Positions 20,333 through 29,465 of a stretch of 64,000 bases of DNA are shown here, piece after piece. The DNA comes from a virus (lineage: Duplodnaviria > Caudoviricetes). The translations under genes and the position numbers were made by a program. Numbering within the stretch: position 1 is the stretch's first letter; each line of letters starts with the position of its first letter. Under the pieces are notes generated by a model that worked only from the letters and a program-made list of their open reading frames with translations, was not told the DNA's origin and ran no database searches. The stretch is taken from positions 12,667 to 76,666 of the IMG/VR virus record IMGVR_UViG_3300037067_006298. One strand, given 5' to 3'.

Positions 20333-21114
20333 CTCTTGGGGGCCTGATGTGTCGTACTATAAAACATTTGAAGATATTCACTTGCTGTAAATGAATTACT
20401 AAACGATCTTAATGCCTCGATCTGTTGATCATACTCTCTTTTAAGTCGTTCTTTTGCGTTATTTGATATACGTGGATCATTCTCGTCTCGTTGCCATAGA
20501 ACGTATGCCCTGAGTGCAGCAACACACTCACGAGGTATCATGGATGATCCGTCTGTCTTTAATCCGGTTGAGATATATTCCATCACTATCTCAGATCGAG
20601 GGGAAGAACCAGAGAACACCAGTTGTCTGTTTTCTCTATCTACCCTGAAATAACAATCGTCAATGCCTCCGGGAAGGCCATACAGCCCTCCTACGAAAAC
20701 ACCATTCCGGTAATGATCACTGAAGAAGATGATGCTGGAAACCAAATCCGCTCCTATTGCTGCACCATAATAATTACCAATCAATTCCCCTGTGTCATCA
20801 AATGTTCTTGGAAACAATATGTTATCATTATGAGATATGACTCTCAGTTGACCATTATAAGGATACCCTATTTTTATGTAATCAACAAAGTCGGATGGTA
20901 ATTGAACTGTCTTCGCTGCGCTCATGTGTAAATACACCACCTCGGAACCAACATCCAAGTGATACATGGCAAGGTCTTCCGAAAATCCTTCAATAGCTAT
21001 CTGTACAAGCCTCTTATACTGAACAAGAGAATAGTCATTAAGTCTGTTTAGCACGGACATTATGACATAACGAATTGTTACTAAGCCACCTGTTTTCGGA
21101 GATATATTTGACAT
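20329..21114 (-). CDS. Tail ring/adaptor protein, paralog 1
   Basis: Clearly paralogous to the adjacent ORF (PKTxGLVTIR...LPxDFxDxxKxGYP...IVxEYISTG); located in the tail module. Confidence 0.65.
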   Translation of the reverse strand: MSNISPKTGGLVTIRYVIMSVLNRLNDYSLVQYKRLVQIAIEGFSEDLAMYHLDVGSEVVYLHMSAAKTVQLPSDFVDYIKIGYPYNGQLRVISHNDNILFPRTFDDTGELIGNYYGAAIGADLVSSIIFFSDHYRNGVFVGGLYGLPGGIDDCYFRVDRENRQLVFSGSSPRSEIVMEYISTGLKTDGSSMIPRECVAALRAYVLWQRDENDPRISNNAKERLKREYDQQIEALRSFSNSFTASEYLQMFYSTTHQAPKR

Positions 21115-21135
21115 CTTATGAGGATATTAGTTTTC

Positions 21136-21972
21136 CTATGAGGTTTTCTTTGCGGACTGATGGCTTGTGGTATAAAGCATTTTCTTATACTCCTCCATTG
21201 CCAGTGCATTTTTGAAACTACGAAGCGATTCAACGGCATCCTTGTATTCTGCTTTACGTCTTGTTCTTTCACTTTCCGGCACTTTCATGTCGTGTTCTAC
21301 CATCTGCCACAAGATATATGCACGAAGGGGGATAATAGTCTCTCTTGGCACCATAGAACTACCATCTGACTTCATCCCTGTTGAGATATACTCCAATACA
21401 ATTTCTGATCTCGGTGTGTTTCCTGAAAATACTATCTGCCTATTTTCCCTGTCAATGCGATAATAAGCCTGATCAACTCCTCCGGGTAATCCAAATAACC
21501 CTCCAATAAACTGTCCGTTACGAAAATGATCGCTAAAGAAAATTTGATTTGGATCTTCGGTGTCTGCCACGAATACTCCTCCGATTACTGCGCCATAAGT
21601 TGTATTCCCAATTGCAGTTCCGGTGTCTGCAACAAATATTCCTCCGATAGTACTCCCATAAAATGTTCTTGGTAACAGGATATTATCATTGCGTGTAATA
21701 AGCCTTATTTTCCCATCAAGAGGATAACCTACTTTAACAAAATCAATAAAGTCGGCAGGCAGCGGAACCGTCTTCGCTGCGCTCATGTGTAGATATACCA
21801 CTTCAAGTCCTTCTTCGGAATGAAATAAACGAAGTTCCTCGATGCCTTCAATGGCAATTTCGACTAATCGCTTGTATTGTCTCATGGAATAGTCCTGCAC
21901 CCTGTTTAAGACTTGCATTACTATATGTCTGATTGTTACCAGACCGCTTGTTTTCGGGTTCTCTACACTCAT
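21136..21972 (-). CDS. Tail ring/adaptor protein, paralog 2
   Basis: Tandem paralog with an internal duplication of YGxxIGGxFVADT. Confidence 0.65.
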   Translation of the reverse strand: MSVENPKTSGLVTIRHIVMQVLNRVQDYSMRQYKRLVEIAIEGIEELRLFHSEEGLEVVYLHMSAAKTVPLPADFIDFVKVGYPLDGKIRLITRNDNILLPRTFYGSTIGGIFVADTGTAIGNTTYGAVIGGVFVADTEDPNQIFFSDHFRNGQFIGGLFGLPGGVDQAYYRIDRENRQIVFSGNTPRSEIVLEYISTGMKSDGSSMVPRETIIPLRAYILWQMVEHDMKVPESERTRRKAEYKDAVESLRSFKNALAMEEYKKMLYTTSHQSAKKTS

Positions 21973-21977
21973 GGTAA

Positions 21978-22634
21978 TTACGAATTAACTACATTACTTG
22001 GAAGGTTTGGTACAGGGATGCGTTTACCCATCAAATCAATAACCTGCCTGATTATATCATCCTCCATTGCTGAAGGCATTGCTATCTCATCAAAGTCATC
22101 CAACTGATCAAGAGGAACTACCATCATAACATCCAATGCAGTGATCAAAGATGTTATCGGAAGTTTACTGAGTCTTAAAATTGTACTTGCCTCTCCTGCG
22201 CCTACATTTACGTTACTTCTCTGTACGTTGTACGTAGGTGTACTATCCATAGTATTAACATCCAATTCTGCAAATATCACGGCAGAAGTGTTTTCTACTG
22301 GCGCAAACACGTTTCCATTGTTATTGTGATCACACACCTGTCTCACCCCCATGTTATTCGGAAGTTGAGACGGAGCAAATGGCAGTAGTGCATATCCGGT
22401 AGTCCCCGGAGCAACCTGTCCTGTTACTGCACACTCATATATCTTACACCACGCATCCAATTGACTATAATCGCTGGATTTTAATCCATTTTGATAAGTG
22501 TCATATACCGCCCTGTTAAATACAGAGTTAAGATGAACCTTTATAATCTCGGGATGATAGATGCCCCTTTGATCTCCGGCGGAATCACTTGCAAAGAAGT
22601 AAGCAACCGCATCTATGATGTTAATCTTTTTCAT
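21978..22634 (-). CDS. Putative ring/neck protein
   Basis: 218 aa in the ring-gene cluster; helical N- and C-termini around a beta-rich middle. Confidence 0.5.
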   Translation of the reverse strand: MKKINIIDAVAYFFASDSAGDQRGIYHPEIIKVHLNSVFNRAVYDTYQNGLKSSDYSQLDAWCKIYECAVTGQVAPGTTGYALLPFAPSQLPNNMGVRQVCDHNNNGNVFAPVENTSAVIFAELDVNTMDSTPTYNVQRSNVNVGAGEASTILRLSKLPITSLITALDVMMVVPLDQLDDFDEIAMPSAMEDDIIRQVIDLMGKRIPVPNLPSNVVNS

Positions 22635-22776
22635 TTCTTTTCTTTTTTATAATACGTTCTGGCAACTTTAATCCTCTTGATGAACTGTCAAATTCCTTAA
22701 CTGTCCTATGTGAAATCTTCCCTTGTTTTTCAAGTATGTGAAATTTCTTACGTTGTGATTCGCTGACATAAGGCAT
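22621..22776 (-). CDS. Small basic phage protein (51 aa)
   Basis: Below the track cutoff; MPYVSESQRKKFHILEKQGKISHRTVKEFDSSSRGLKLPERIIKKK fills the gap between the flanking genes. Confidence 0.6.
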   Translation of the reverse strand: MPYVSESQRKKFHILEKQGKISHRTVKEFDSSSRGLKLPERIIKKKRNEKD

Positions 22777-22778
22777 TT

Positions 22779-23477
22779 CTATCCCTCCTTTAACTTTGTT
22801 TCGGCATACTGTACCAATTCTGCTTCACGCAAATTTACACCTATTAGACTTAATATCATCTTGGTCAATGTAAAATGTTCGTCTTTAGTCCATTCAAATT
22901 CAGTAGAAGTAGTGGGTGCATAAGTTATCCCCCCATCCCATTCTGTATAAGAGAACACCGGCTCAATAGGAAATCTGTAATATGAAAAATCAACAGCAAG
23001 TATTGTTATTGGTCTTATGTGAATCCCATCATTACGTATTACTGCAACCGGATTCATTGTTGTCGGTTGCTTGGTGTAGTTTCCTTCTCTTGCCGTGAAT
23101 GCGGATTCTCTTAGTATCTCTACTATTCTGGGAAATGAAGTTGCAATACTATTTATAGTTTTGGAGTAATTATAAGCCAATGAGTCTGCGTGTGCATAAT
23201 TAGAAGGAAAAGGCAATACTCCATTTGTAACAGACTGTGATAATAACAGTGTTTTAAATGCCTTCATGTCATCAACATTCTTCAATGATATATCGGCATA
23301 TTCACTTGGGATAGGCTTCCCTGGTTGATATTCTTCGGGTAATCCGTACTTCTGTCGAAATAGGTCAATATTCACTACTTTGATAAGTTCATTGAACCGT
23401 ACAGGAGTGATTATGTTACCCGAAAAGTCCTTATTGACTATCAGCTCTATCAGATTATATATTTCACCTAAAGTCAT
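22779..23477 (-). CDS. Head-tail adaptor/ring protein
   Basis: MTLGEIYNLIELIVNKDFSGNIITPVRFNELI N-terminus resembles crAss-like ring proteins. Confidence 0.6.
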   Translation of the reverse strand: MTLGEIYNLIELIVNKDFSGNIITPVRFNELIKVVNIDLFRQKYGLPEEYQPGKPIPSEYADISLKNVDDMKAFKTLLLSQSVTNGVLPFPSNYAHADSLAYNYSKTINSIATSFPRIVEILRESAFTAREGNYTKQPTTMNPVAVIRNDGIHIRPITILAVDFSYYRFPIEPVFSYTEWDGGITYAPTTSTEFEWTKDEHFTLTKMILSLIGVNLREAELVQYAETKLKEG

Positions 23478-23480
23478 CTC

Positions 23481-23753
23481 TTATTTTATTAATTTCATTG
23501 AATCTATTTTTACAGTATCAATCTGAACGGATTTGCATCCTCCACGTGTTATCGGTGAAATACCATGTTCTCTCATTTTCTTATAAAACTTTTGATGTTC
23601 TTTATTATCCTGATATTCCTTAAATTTATCATTAGTAATGATAGTCACTACCAAAATAACCAATACACCAAGAACGTATTTAAATATCTTCATAAGATTC
23701 TTCTCATTCATATCATTGTAATTTTCCCAACAATATCTTAACATTCCCATCAA
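23481..23753 (-). CDS. Small membrane protein
   Basis: One TM segment (YVLGVLVILVVTIIT). Confidence 0.5.
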   Translation of the reverse strand: MMGMLRYCWENYNDMNEKNLMKIFKYVLGVLVILVVTIITNDKFKEYQDNKEHQKFYKKMREHGISPITRGGCKSVQIDTVKIDSMKLIK

Positions 23754-24099
23754 CTGATTCTATGAGTTTAACCATTTGTTTATTTGTTTCGGCAGATTCA
23801 TCAGAATGCATTTTTAGTGCTTCCATAATTTTATCATCCTGATCATCTACATACTTATACGTAGGTCTTATATTAAACTCATGGGATATACGTTCATCTT
23901 CCATCTTCTTTTGTTTCCCTTCTTCTTTTTCCATGATTAATTTTTGTGTTAAAAGAAATATTATTATTGATACACATACTGATATTATTACTGGTTCCTG
24001 CTCTCCAAAAATTCTTTGTGTAAGAAAAAATACAATTATTGCTATTGCAATTGAAATGATGAGTGTACACCAGATCGAGTTTAGGAATTTTTTAGGCAT
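23713..24099 (-). CDS. Membrane protein with coiled-coil tail (holin-like)
   Basis: Two hydrophobic segments followed by a charged helix. Confidence 0.45.
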   Translation of the reverse strand: MPKKFLNSIWCTLIISIAIAIIVFFLTQRIFGEQEPVIISVCVSIIIFLLTQKLIMEKEEGKQKKMEDERISHEFNIRPTYKYVDDQDDKIMEALKMHSDESAETNKQMVKLIESVDGNVKILLGKLQ

Positions 24100-24481
24100 G
24101 ACGTTTTTTTATTAAATATAAACAATAAAATAAACTAAATATCAAAAGAAAAACCAACACTATACTCCATAAATCAATCCATATTTCTTTTGAAAATAAA
24201 TAAATAGATGAGAAACAACTAATATGATATATTATTTTAATTCCGAGATAAACTAATAACCCTCCAAAAAACCATTTTATAAAACCAGTTGCAAAAAGAA
24301 ATATAACAGTACAAAGGGTTAGCGTGAGTCCCTCTTCGGAGATTGCCCACACTACACCCCATTGTTTTTCTGTCAATCCTAAATAGCCTTCGTGAGATAA
24401 ATGATATAAACTGATCGCTATTGTAAATAACAAACAACTTGAAACGGTCAATATCTCTATCAAATCAAACTTTCGTGCCAT
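24092..24481 (-). CDS. Polytopic membrane protein
   Basis: About four hydrophobic segments in 129 aa. Confidence 0.55.
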   Translation of the reverse strand: MARKFDLIEILTVSSCLLFTIAISLYHLSHEGYLGLTEKQWGVVWAISEEGLTLTLCTVIFLFATGFIKWFFGGLLVYLGIKIIYHISCFSSIYLFSKEIWIDLWSIVLVFLLIFSLFYCLYLIKKRHA

Positions 24482-24683
24482 ATTTCTTATTCCATACTGT
24501 TAATTTATGAACATAATGAACATACCTAAATGGATATGTAATATTAGCAACCAAAATTTTTCCAGGAGGATCAGGCGGTTTTGGAGGTGGAGGAATAACC
24601 GGACTCATAATTTTAAGTTTTAAGTTAATATTTCAAATCGTCACAAATATCAATAGTAAAGTGTATAGTGTTTTCATAATTAA

Positions 24684-26531
24684 TTATGTTAATGCAATTG
24701 TAGGTTCTGGTTCTGCACACTGTCTCTTGATAAAATCGTCAAGATAATATGTGGTATATTTATTTGCTGCATTGCTTTCATTTGCATAAAATAATATTTC
24801 GTCCCACGTAACAGCCGGAGCAGAATTAGTGCATAATGCAACTCCATCAATTTTAATTGTTGTACCAGTTGACAAAAATATAATTTCAACTTCATGCCAT
24901 CCTGTTGTTACTGCAATTGTTGAATTTACCCATCCCCCATTAACATAATATCTCCAACTTGGACTCGTTATTATGGTGGCAGATACAGCAAGAACCCTTG
25001 TTAAAGCAAGTCTTATTTCTTCCATCATAAGGGTAGTTCCAGAAATAGTTAAACTTGTTATATATACCCAACATTTTATAGAATGTCTATTATCGTTAAA
25101 TACTTTTGACATTGACGCAATCTTGGCTGTTCCTGTTTCTCCAGAATATAATTTGACACTATTTACACCGCTTCTTTTTTCCACAGTACTTAATGCAACT
25201 GTTGCATTCCCTGTAAGTGTTGTTTTCCAATTTACTAAAGGAGATCCTGTATTATAAGTTAAATCGCTTGTTACAACTCTTGTATCCCAGTTTGCACCAT
25301 TTTTATATGAAAAATAAATATAAAGCAATCCATTAAATAAAAACATTTTTGCACAAGCCCTTCCGTCTTGCATAATCCAAACCTCATCTGTTAGTTGAAA
25401 TCCTGAAATAGGATTATTACTTTTTAAAGCATTTGTTGCCCAATCAGCCCCATAAACCCAACCCTCCGAAGATTCGATTAACATCCAATATTCACCATTA
25501 ATAAATTGTACCGAAGGAGCAGCAAAATATAAATGACCAAAATCAACATTGTTAAATACTTCAATCGCTGTTGCTGCTGCCAGTCCGTCAATGGTATCCG
25601 CAACCTTAACCCATATTTCACGAGTTGTTTTTACAGGATAATTCCCACGATTCCAATAGAGATAATATTTTCCATCATTGGGATTTTTAAAAATTGACGA
25701 ACCGTTGTTGTAATATCCCGCCTGTGCAGCAACGACAGTAACTTCATCAGAAAAATTAATGCCATCAACAGAAGTTCTTTTCACGATATAAAAATCAGCT
25801 CCTGCATCTGCATAGTCCATATCATAAAATAATGTGAAAACGCCATTTTCATAAATGCAATTAGGCCATCGAGTAGATGCCATAATAGGATTGTCAGCAT
25901 ACTTTATCCAACCATCTGTCAATGAATTACTTCTTGCTAATCCTATTCCTTCATTCTGCGTACCGCAATAATACATCCAATATTTATAACCATCCAAATT
26001 AGCTTCAACCACACATGCTGTGTGTGTATCACCAGTTTCCCATGCTTCGGAAGCACTTAATACCTGAACTTCTGTTCCTAATTTTAAAAATGAGTTATTA
26101 AAATCAAATGAATCAAAGAACTCAAAAGTATTTCCTCCATCAGAATAAGCAGAAGTTATTTGTGAATTTCCATACCATAGATTTATAACTTTAATTGAAT
26201 TTGCAGCAATCGAAGGAATTTTAACCCATATTATACTATCCCCAGAAGTGTTCCATGTTTCAATCCAATAATTAAGGAAATCATTTATGCCCACTCCTCC
26301 GGTATCCATAAAACGAATATCATAACCATTTGCATTACATCTTGAATAATCAAAATTTGCAGTAGTCAAAGTAATTTTAACCTGATAATTAGTTAATGCT
26401 CCTCCTGAAGAATTATCAATAGTAATTATTGTATTACGTGACTTCCAGTAACTCTTCCAAGAAGAGGAAGAAGCACCGATTCTTGGCTTTTTAAATCCAA
26501 ATGGTTTTATGCCTATCTGTTGAACACCCAT
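24684..26531 (-). CDS. DUF2341 + five-bladed glycosidase-like propeller + lectin-like domain; putative virion spike
   Basis: LTNYQVKITL...DIRFMD...YWIETWN...IWVKIP...LWYGN (DUF2341); WMYYCG...IGLARS...WIKYADNPIM propeller blades; beta-rich C-terminus. Confidence 0.65.
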   Translation of the reverse strand: MGVQQIGIKPFGFKKPRIGASSSSWKSYWKSRNTIITIDNSSGGALTNYQVKITLTTANFDYSRCNANGYDIRFMDTGGVGINDFLNYWIETWNTSGDSIIWVKIPSIAANSIKVINLWYGNSQITSAYSDGGNTFEFFDSFDFNNSFLKLGTEVQVLSASEAWETGDTHTACVVEANLDGYKYWMYYCGTQNEGIGLARSNSLTDGWIKYADNPIMASTRWPNCIYENGVFTLFYDMDYADAGADFYIVKRTSVDGINFSDEVTVVAAQAGYYNNGSSIFKNPNDGKYYLYWNRGNYPVKTTREIWVKVADTIDGLAAATAIEVFNNVDFGHLYFAAPSVQFINGEYWMLIESSEGWVYGADWATNALKSNNPISGFQLTDEVWIMQDGRACAKMFLFNGLLYIYFSYKNGANWDTRVVTSDLTYNTGSPLVNWKTTLTGNATVALSTVEKRSGVNSVKLYSGETGTAKIASMSKVFNDNRHSIKCWVYITSLTISGTTLMMEEIRLALTRVLAVSATIITSPSWRYYVNGGWVNSTIAVTTGWHEVEIIFLSTGTTIKIDGVALCTNSAPAVTWDEILFYANESNAANKYTTYYLDDFIKRQCAEPEPTIALT

Positions 26532-26543
26532 GGTTAATGAATT

Positions 26544-26870
26544 TTATTTCAGAAACCATACTTTAAACGTACACCCGGTAGTTGGCACTAACGTGGTAAA
26601 TCTCCCTTCAAACGGGATATATTGAGGATATGTGTAGGCTAATTTATTTGCTGCCACATTTGTTGATGTTCCAGTCTTGCCTGCCCTGCCCATGGTTGTT
26701 TCTTCTTGCATGGCGGTAAATGTGCCTCCATTCTCATCCATGCTCATGAAAGCTGCAACTATTTTACCGGTGAAATCATGACTGGCTAAGGTAATTATAT
26801 CCCAGACATCAGGAGTTCCGGCACCACCATTTCCAAGTGCCAGATCGTTTACTGTAGCGTTATATCCCAT
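26544..26870 (-). CDS. Small virion protein
   Basis: 108 aa, beta-rich, in the structural operon. Confidence 0.5.
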   Translation of the reverse strand: MGYNATVNDLALGNGGAGTPDVWDIITLASHDFTGKIVAAFMSMDENGGTFTAMQEETTMGRAGKTGTSTNVAANKLAYTYPQYIPFEGRFTTLVPTTGCTFKVWFLK

Positions 26871-26937
26871 GACTTTAAATATTATATTACAAACGGACTA
26901 AATACGATAATTGATTCAAAGTTACAACTATTTGACA

Positions 26938-26971
26938 AAAGAAAGCCCGGACTTCGTTAAAAAATCCGGGC
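26938..26971 (-). terminator. Intrinsic terminator
   Basis: GCCCGGA-loop-TCCGGGC followed by TTTCTTT on the minus strand. Confidence 0.7.
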
Positions 26972-27011
26972 GACATGAAAAGAGTAAAACTACGCAACGA
27001 AAAATGGAATA

Positions 27012-27959
27012 CTATTCGTCTTCGTCTTTATCTAGTTTAGCTTCTTTTTTCTTCCCTGCGTTGGGGTTGTTTGTCAATAACACGGCTTGTACGTCTTCCC
27101 TAAATCCTTCATTCCCCTGATAATACTCATACAAGGCTTCATTAGGACTTTTAGTTACAGGTATCTTGCATACCTCGGTAATACCTTCTTTTGTCTTCCA
27201 TATCCATCTTTTTACCTTCCCGGTGTTCTCGTACACGAGTAATCCAAGGTCCATGGTTTTTGTAATAGACACACGTGTTTTTATTTCTTCTTCGGCATTT
27301 ACCATGCGGAAAAATTCATCTGGACCTGTTTTTGTTTCATTGATCTTGGTTTCAAGTTGCCATTGTACCTGAGCAAGTGTGTATTCGTCAATGCCGGGGA
27401 TGAAATATGCTTTCGCAACTTCACGTAATTTGGCTTCTGGTAATCCGAAGTCCTCTCCGTAAAGCAATCCTTCAATTTTTGTCTGAAGTCTTTTCCTTGT
27501 TGCCCTCTTTTCTGCTTCTGTCACGAGGTCTTCAAACATAAACTTAGGTGTATTTGACTGCACAAGGTTCTTGTTCTCTTTGAGTTCTTCTTCGCTTATG
27601 AGACGATATTCAGACTTTCTCAAAAGGAAATAAATGAGTTCAATGTCATTGCGTTTCAGCCACCTTGAACCAAAAAGCAGGAATTTCTTTGGGGTGTACT
27701 TCTTAATGTTCTTCTCATCAACCGTGACATTTTCTGCATACCTCCATACCTCTGTGCCGTTTGGGGTCTTAACAAGTGCTTTCAGATCAAAAGAAATTGA
27801 TCTTGGTTGGTCTGGTTTACGGTTGTGTTTCAACCTGCTTGGTACAATCCTACTTGGAGGATATGTTACCTTAACTGGAAATTTGCCATGAAAAAAGGCT
27901 TCAACAGCCTCGATTTCTTTTGCCGATAACTTATACGGCTCATCATTCTTGTATAACAT
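27012..27959 (-). CDS. Conserved capsid-associated protein downstream of the MCP
   Basis: Likely start at ATG 27959 (MLYKNDEPY); the track ORF extends 49 codons upstream into the MCP gene in another frame. Confidence 0.55.
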   Translation of the reverse strand: MLYKNDEPYKLSAKEIEAVEAFFHGKFPVKVTYPPSRIVPSRLKHNRKPDQPRSISFDLKALVKTPNGTEVWRYAENVTVDEKNIKKYTPKKFLLFGSRWLKRNDIELIYFLLRKSEYRLISEEELKENKNLVQSNTPKFMFEDLVTEAEKRATRKRLQTKIEGLLYGEDFGLPEAKLREVAKAYFIPGIDEYTLAQVQWQLETKINETKTGPDEFFRMVNAEEEIKTRVSITKTMDLGLLVYENTGKVKRWIWKTKEGITEVCKIPVTKSPNEALYEYYQGNEGFREDVQAVLLTNNPNAGKKKEAKLDKDEDE

Positions 27960-27982
27960 AATTATTAAGATTAAAGAAGATA

Positions 27983-28002
27983 AGGGGAAGTTCCCTTCCC
28001 CC
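27983..28002 (-). terminator. Hairpin after the MCP gene (terminator or mRNA stabiliser)
   Basis: AGGGGAAG-GGAA-CTTCCCCT perfect 8-bp stem followed by TATCTTCTTT. Confidence 0.5.
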
Positions 28003-28020
28003 TCCTCTGTGGTTACAATA

Positions 28021-29394
28021 CTATTTTGCTTCCAAAAGAACCATCTGGTTGCCTCCCCTGTGATGTGCTCCAAGATGTGTTCTCTGGTATGTGTTGCGAT
28101 TATCAATATCGGTCACTTTCAGACCTTCTCCTGCGCCACCTACCTGCCAAACTTCCATTCTCCGTGAATACTTGCCAAGAGCACGATAGCGAACACCAAT
28201 GCTATCAATCATCTTGCCGGATTTTGGATCTTTTCTCTGGTTGAGTGGAAGGAATACTCCCATCTTAGGTGCGGTAGAACCTGCAACTCCATCAGTCTGC
28301 GGGTTATTGAATCCACCCATTCTCTTGAACATAAATGTTCTCTCTGATTTGGTCAGATAGGTGAAGTTCACTGATGCACTAAGAGCCTCGTTGGAGTGGA
28401 ACAATGCCTCGTTTGTTGCCTGTTTTGCAAAATTGATATTAGTGTTTGCAAAATAAGTTTTGAGTGCATTCTCAATATCCTGATGGAGTGATATTCCTAA
28501 CAGTCCGAGGATATTATTTCCTGCAAACTCTCTGTCAAGAGTATTTGCCATTTCGTCAAACTCATCAACGGTAAATGCTCCGTCAACACAAGCCTGTTCG
28601 TTCCCTATTCGTCTGATATAAGGAATAAGTCCTTCTGTGGTTTTGATAGGACGGCCTGTTATAGGGTCTGTTATGACGTTTGTTGACCGTTTTCCCCAAA
28701 GGAGAGCACCATCAATCTTCAGTGCCATACGGTAGTCAATTTCAAGTTGTCCCTTGTAATAATATGCAGGGAGTGACTGTCCTTCGCTGGTAATTGTTAC
28801 CCATGACTGATTGACCATTTCTGATCCGGTAACACCAATGGATTCCTTGATTATCTGTGCATCATTGTCGTATTCCCATGTGCCGGATAATGCACCGGTT
28901 GGCTGTCCTGATCCTTCCGAAAATGCACTTGTCCTTATTGCAAGAGTATCTCCTGCGGAAAGTGCGGGGAATTGGTCTGTTATCTCATTAAGTCTTACCG
29001 TTACAACTGGTGCTGCCGGAACTGTGACATCAATATCAATAACTGATCCCATAGCCTCATTTGAGAACTTCAAAATATCCCATTTCCTGAGATAGAAATT
29101 GTTGTTTGCATCAAGGTCAACGGTATCGAGTGTGAATATGATGTTTGCGCCAACTGCGGGTTGTGCTACGTTGGCCCTAACATGAACAACTTCGTGAATA
29201 TTATTATCCTCAAAGTGTCCGTAAGTGTCGAGTGCTACCGGTTGTTCAAATCCCATTGATCTGAGTAACTGGAAGTAAGATGCGCCCTGATCTCCCCGTC
29301 TGCTAAACAGGGTGTTCAAAATCTCTGGCTTGTGAAGGTCAAAGTTTGAAATGATGTCTGAGGCATATATTTGAGCAATAGCTTCTGGTCCCAT
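28021..29394 (-). CDS. Major capsid protein (crAss-like/phi14:2-like)
   Basis: KPEILNTLFSRRGDQGASYFQLLRSMG N-terminus, TTEGLIPYI; 457 aa; synteny portal-scaffold-MCP. Confidence 0.8.
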   Translation of the reverse strand: MGPEAIAQIYASDIISNFDLHKPEILNTLFSRRGDQGASYFQLLRSMGFEQPVALDTYGHFEDNNIHEVVHVRANVAQPAVGANIIFTLDTVDLDANNNFYLRKWDILKFSNEAMGSVIDIDVTVPAAPVVTVRLNEITDQFPALSAGDTLAIRTSAFSEGSGQPTGALSGTWEYDNDAQIIKESIGVTGSEMVNQSWVTITSEGQSLPAYYYKGQLEIDYRMALKIDGALLWGKRSTNVITDPITGRPIKTTEGLIPYIRRIGNEQACVDGAFTVDEFDEMANTLDREFAGNNILGLLGISLHQDIENALKTYFANTNINFAKQATNEALFHSNEALSASVNFTYLTKSERTFMFKRMGGFNNPQTDGVAGSTAPKMGVFLPLNQRKDPKSGKMIDSIGVRYRALGKYSRRMEVWQVGGAGEGLKVTDIDNRNTYQRTHLGAHHRGGNQMVLLEAK

Positions 29395-29465
29395 GATTTT
29401 AGTTTTTTAAAAAATGAATACTATTTAAGAATACATTGCCTCTTGTAATTACTGTTTCAAAAAAA

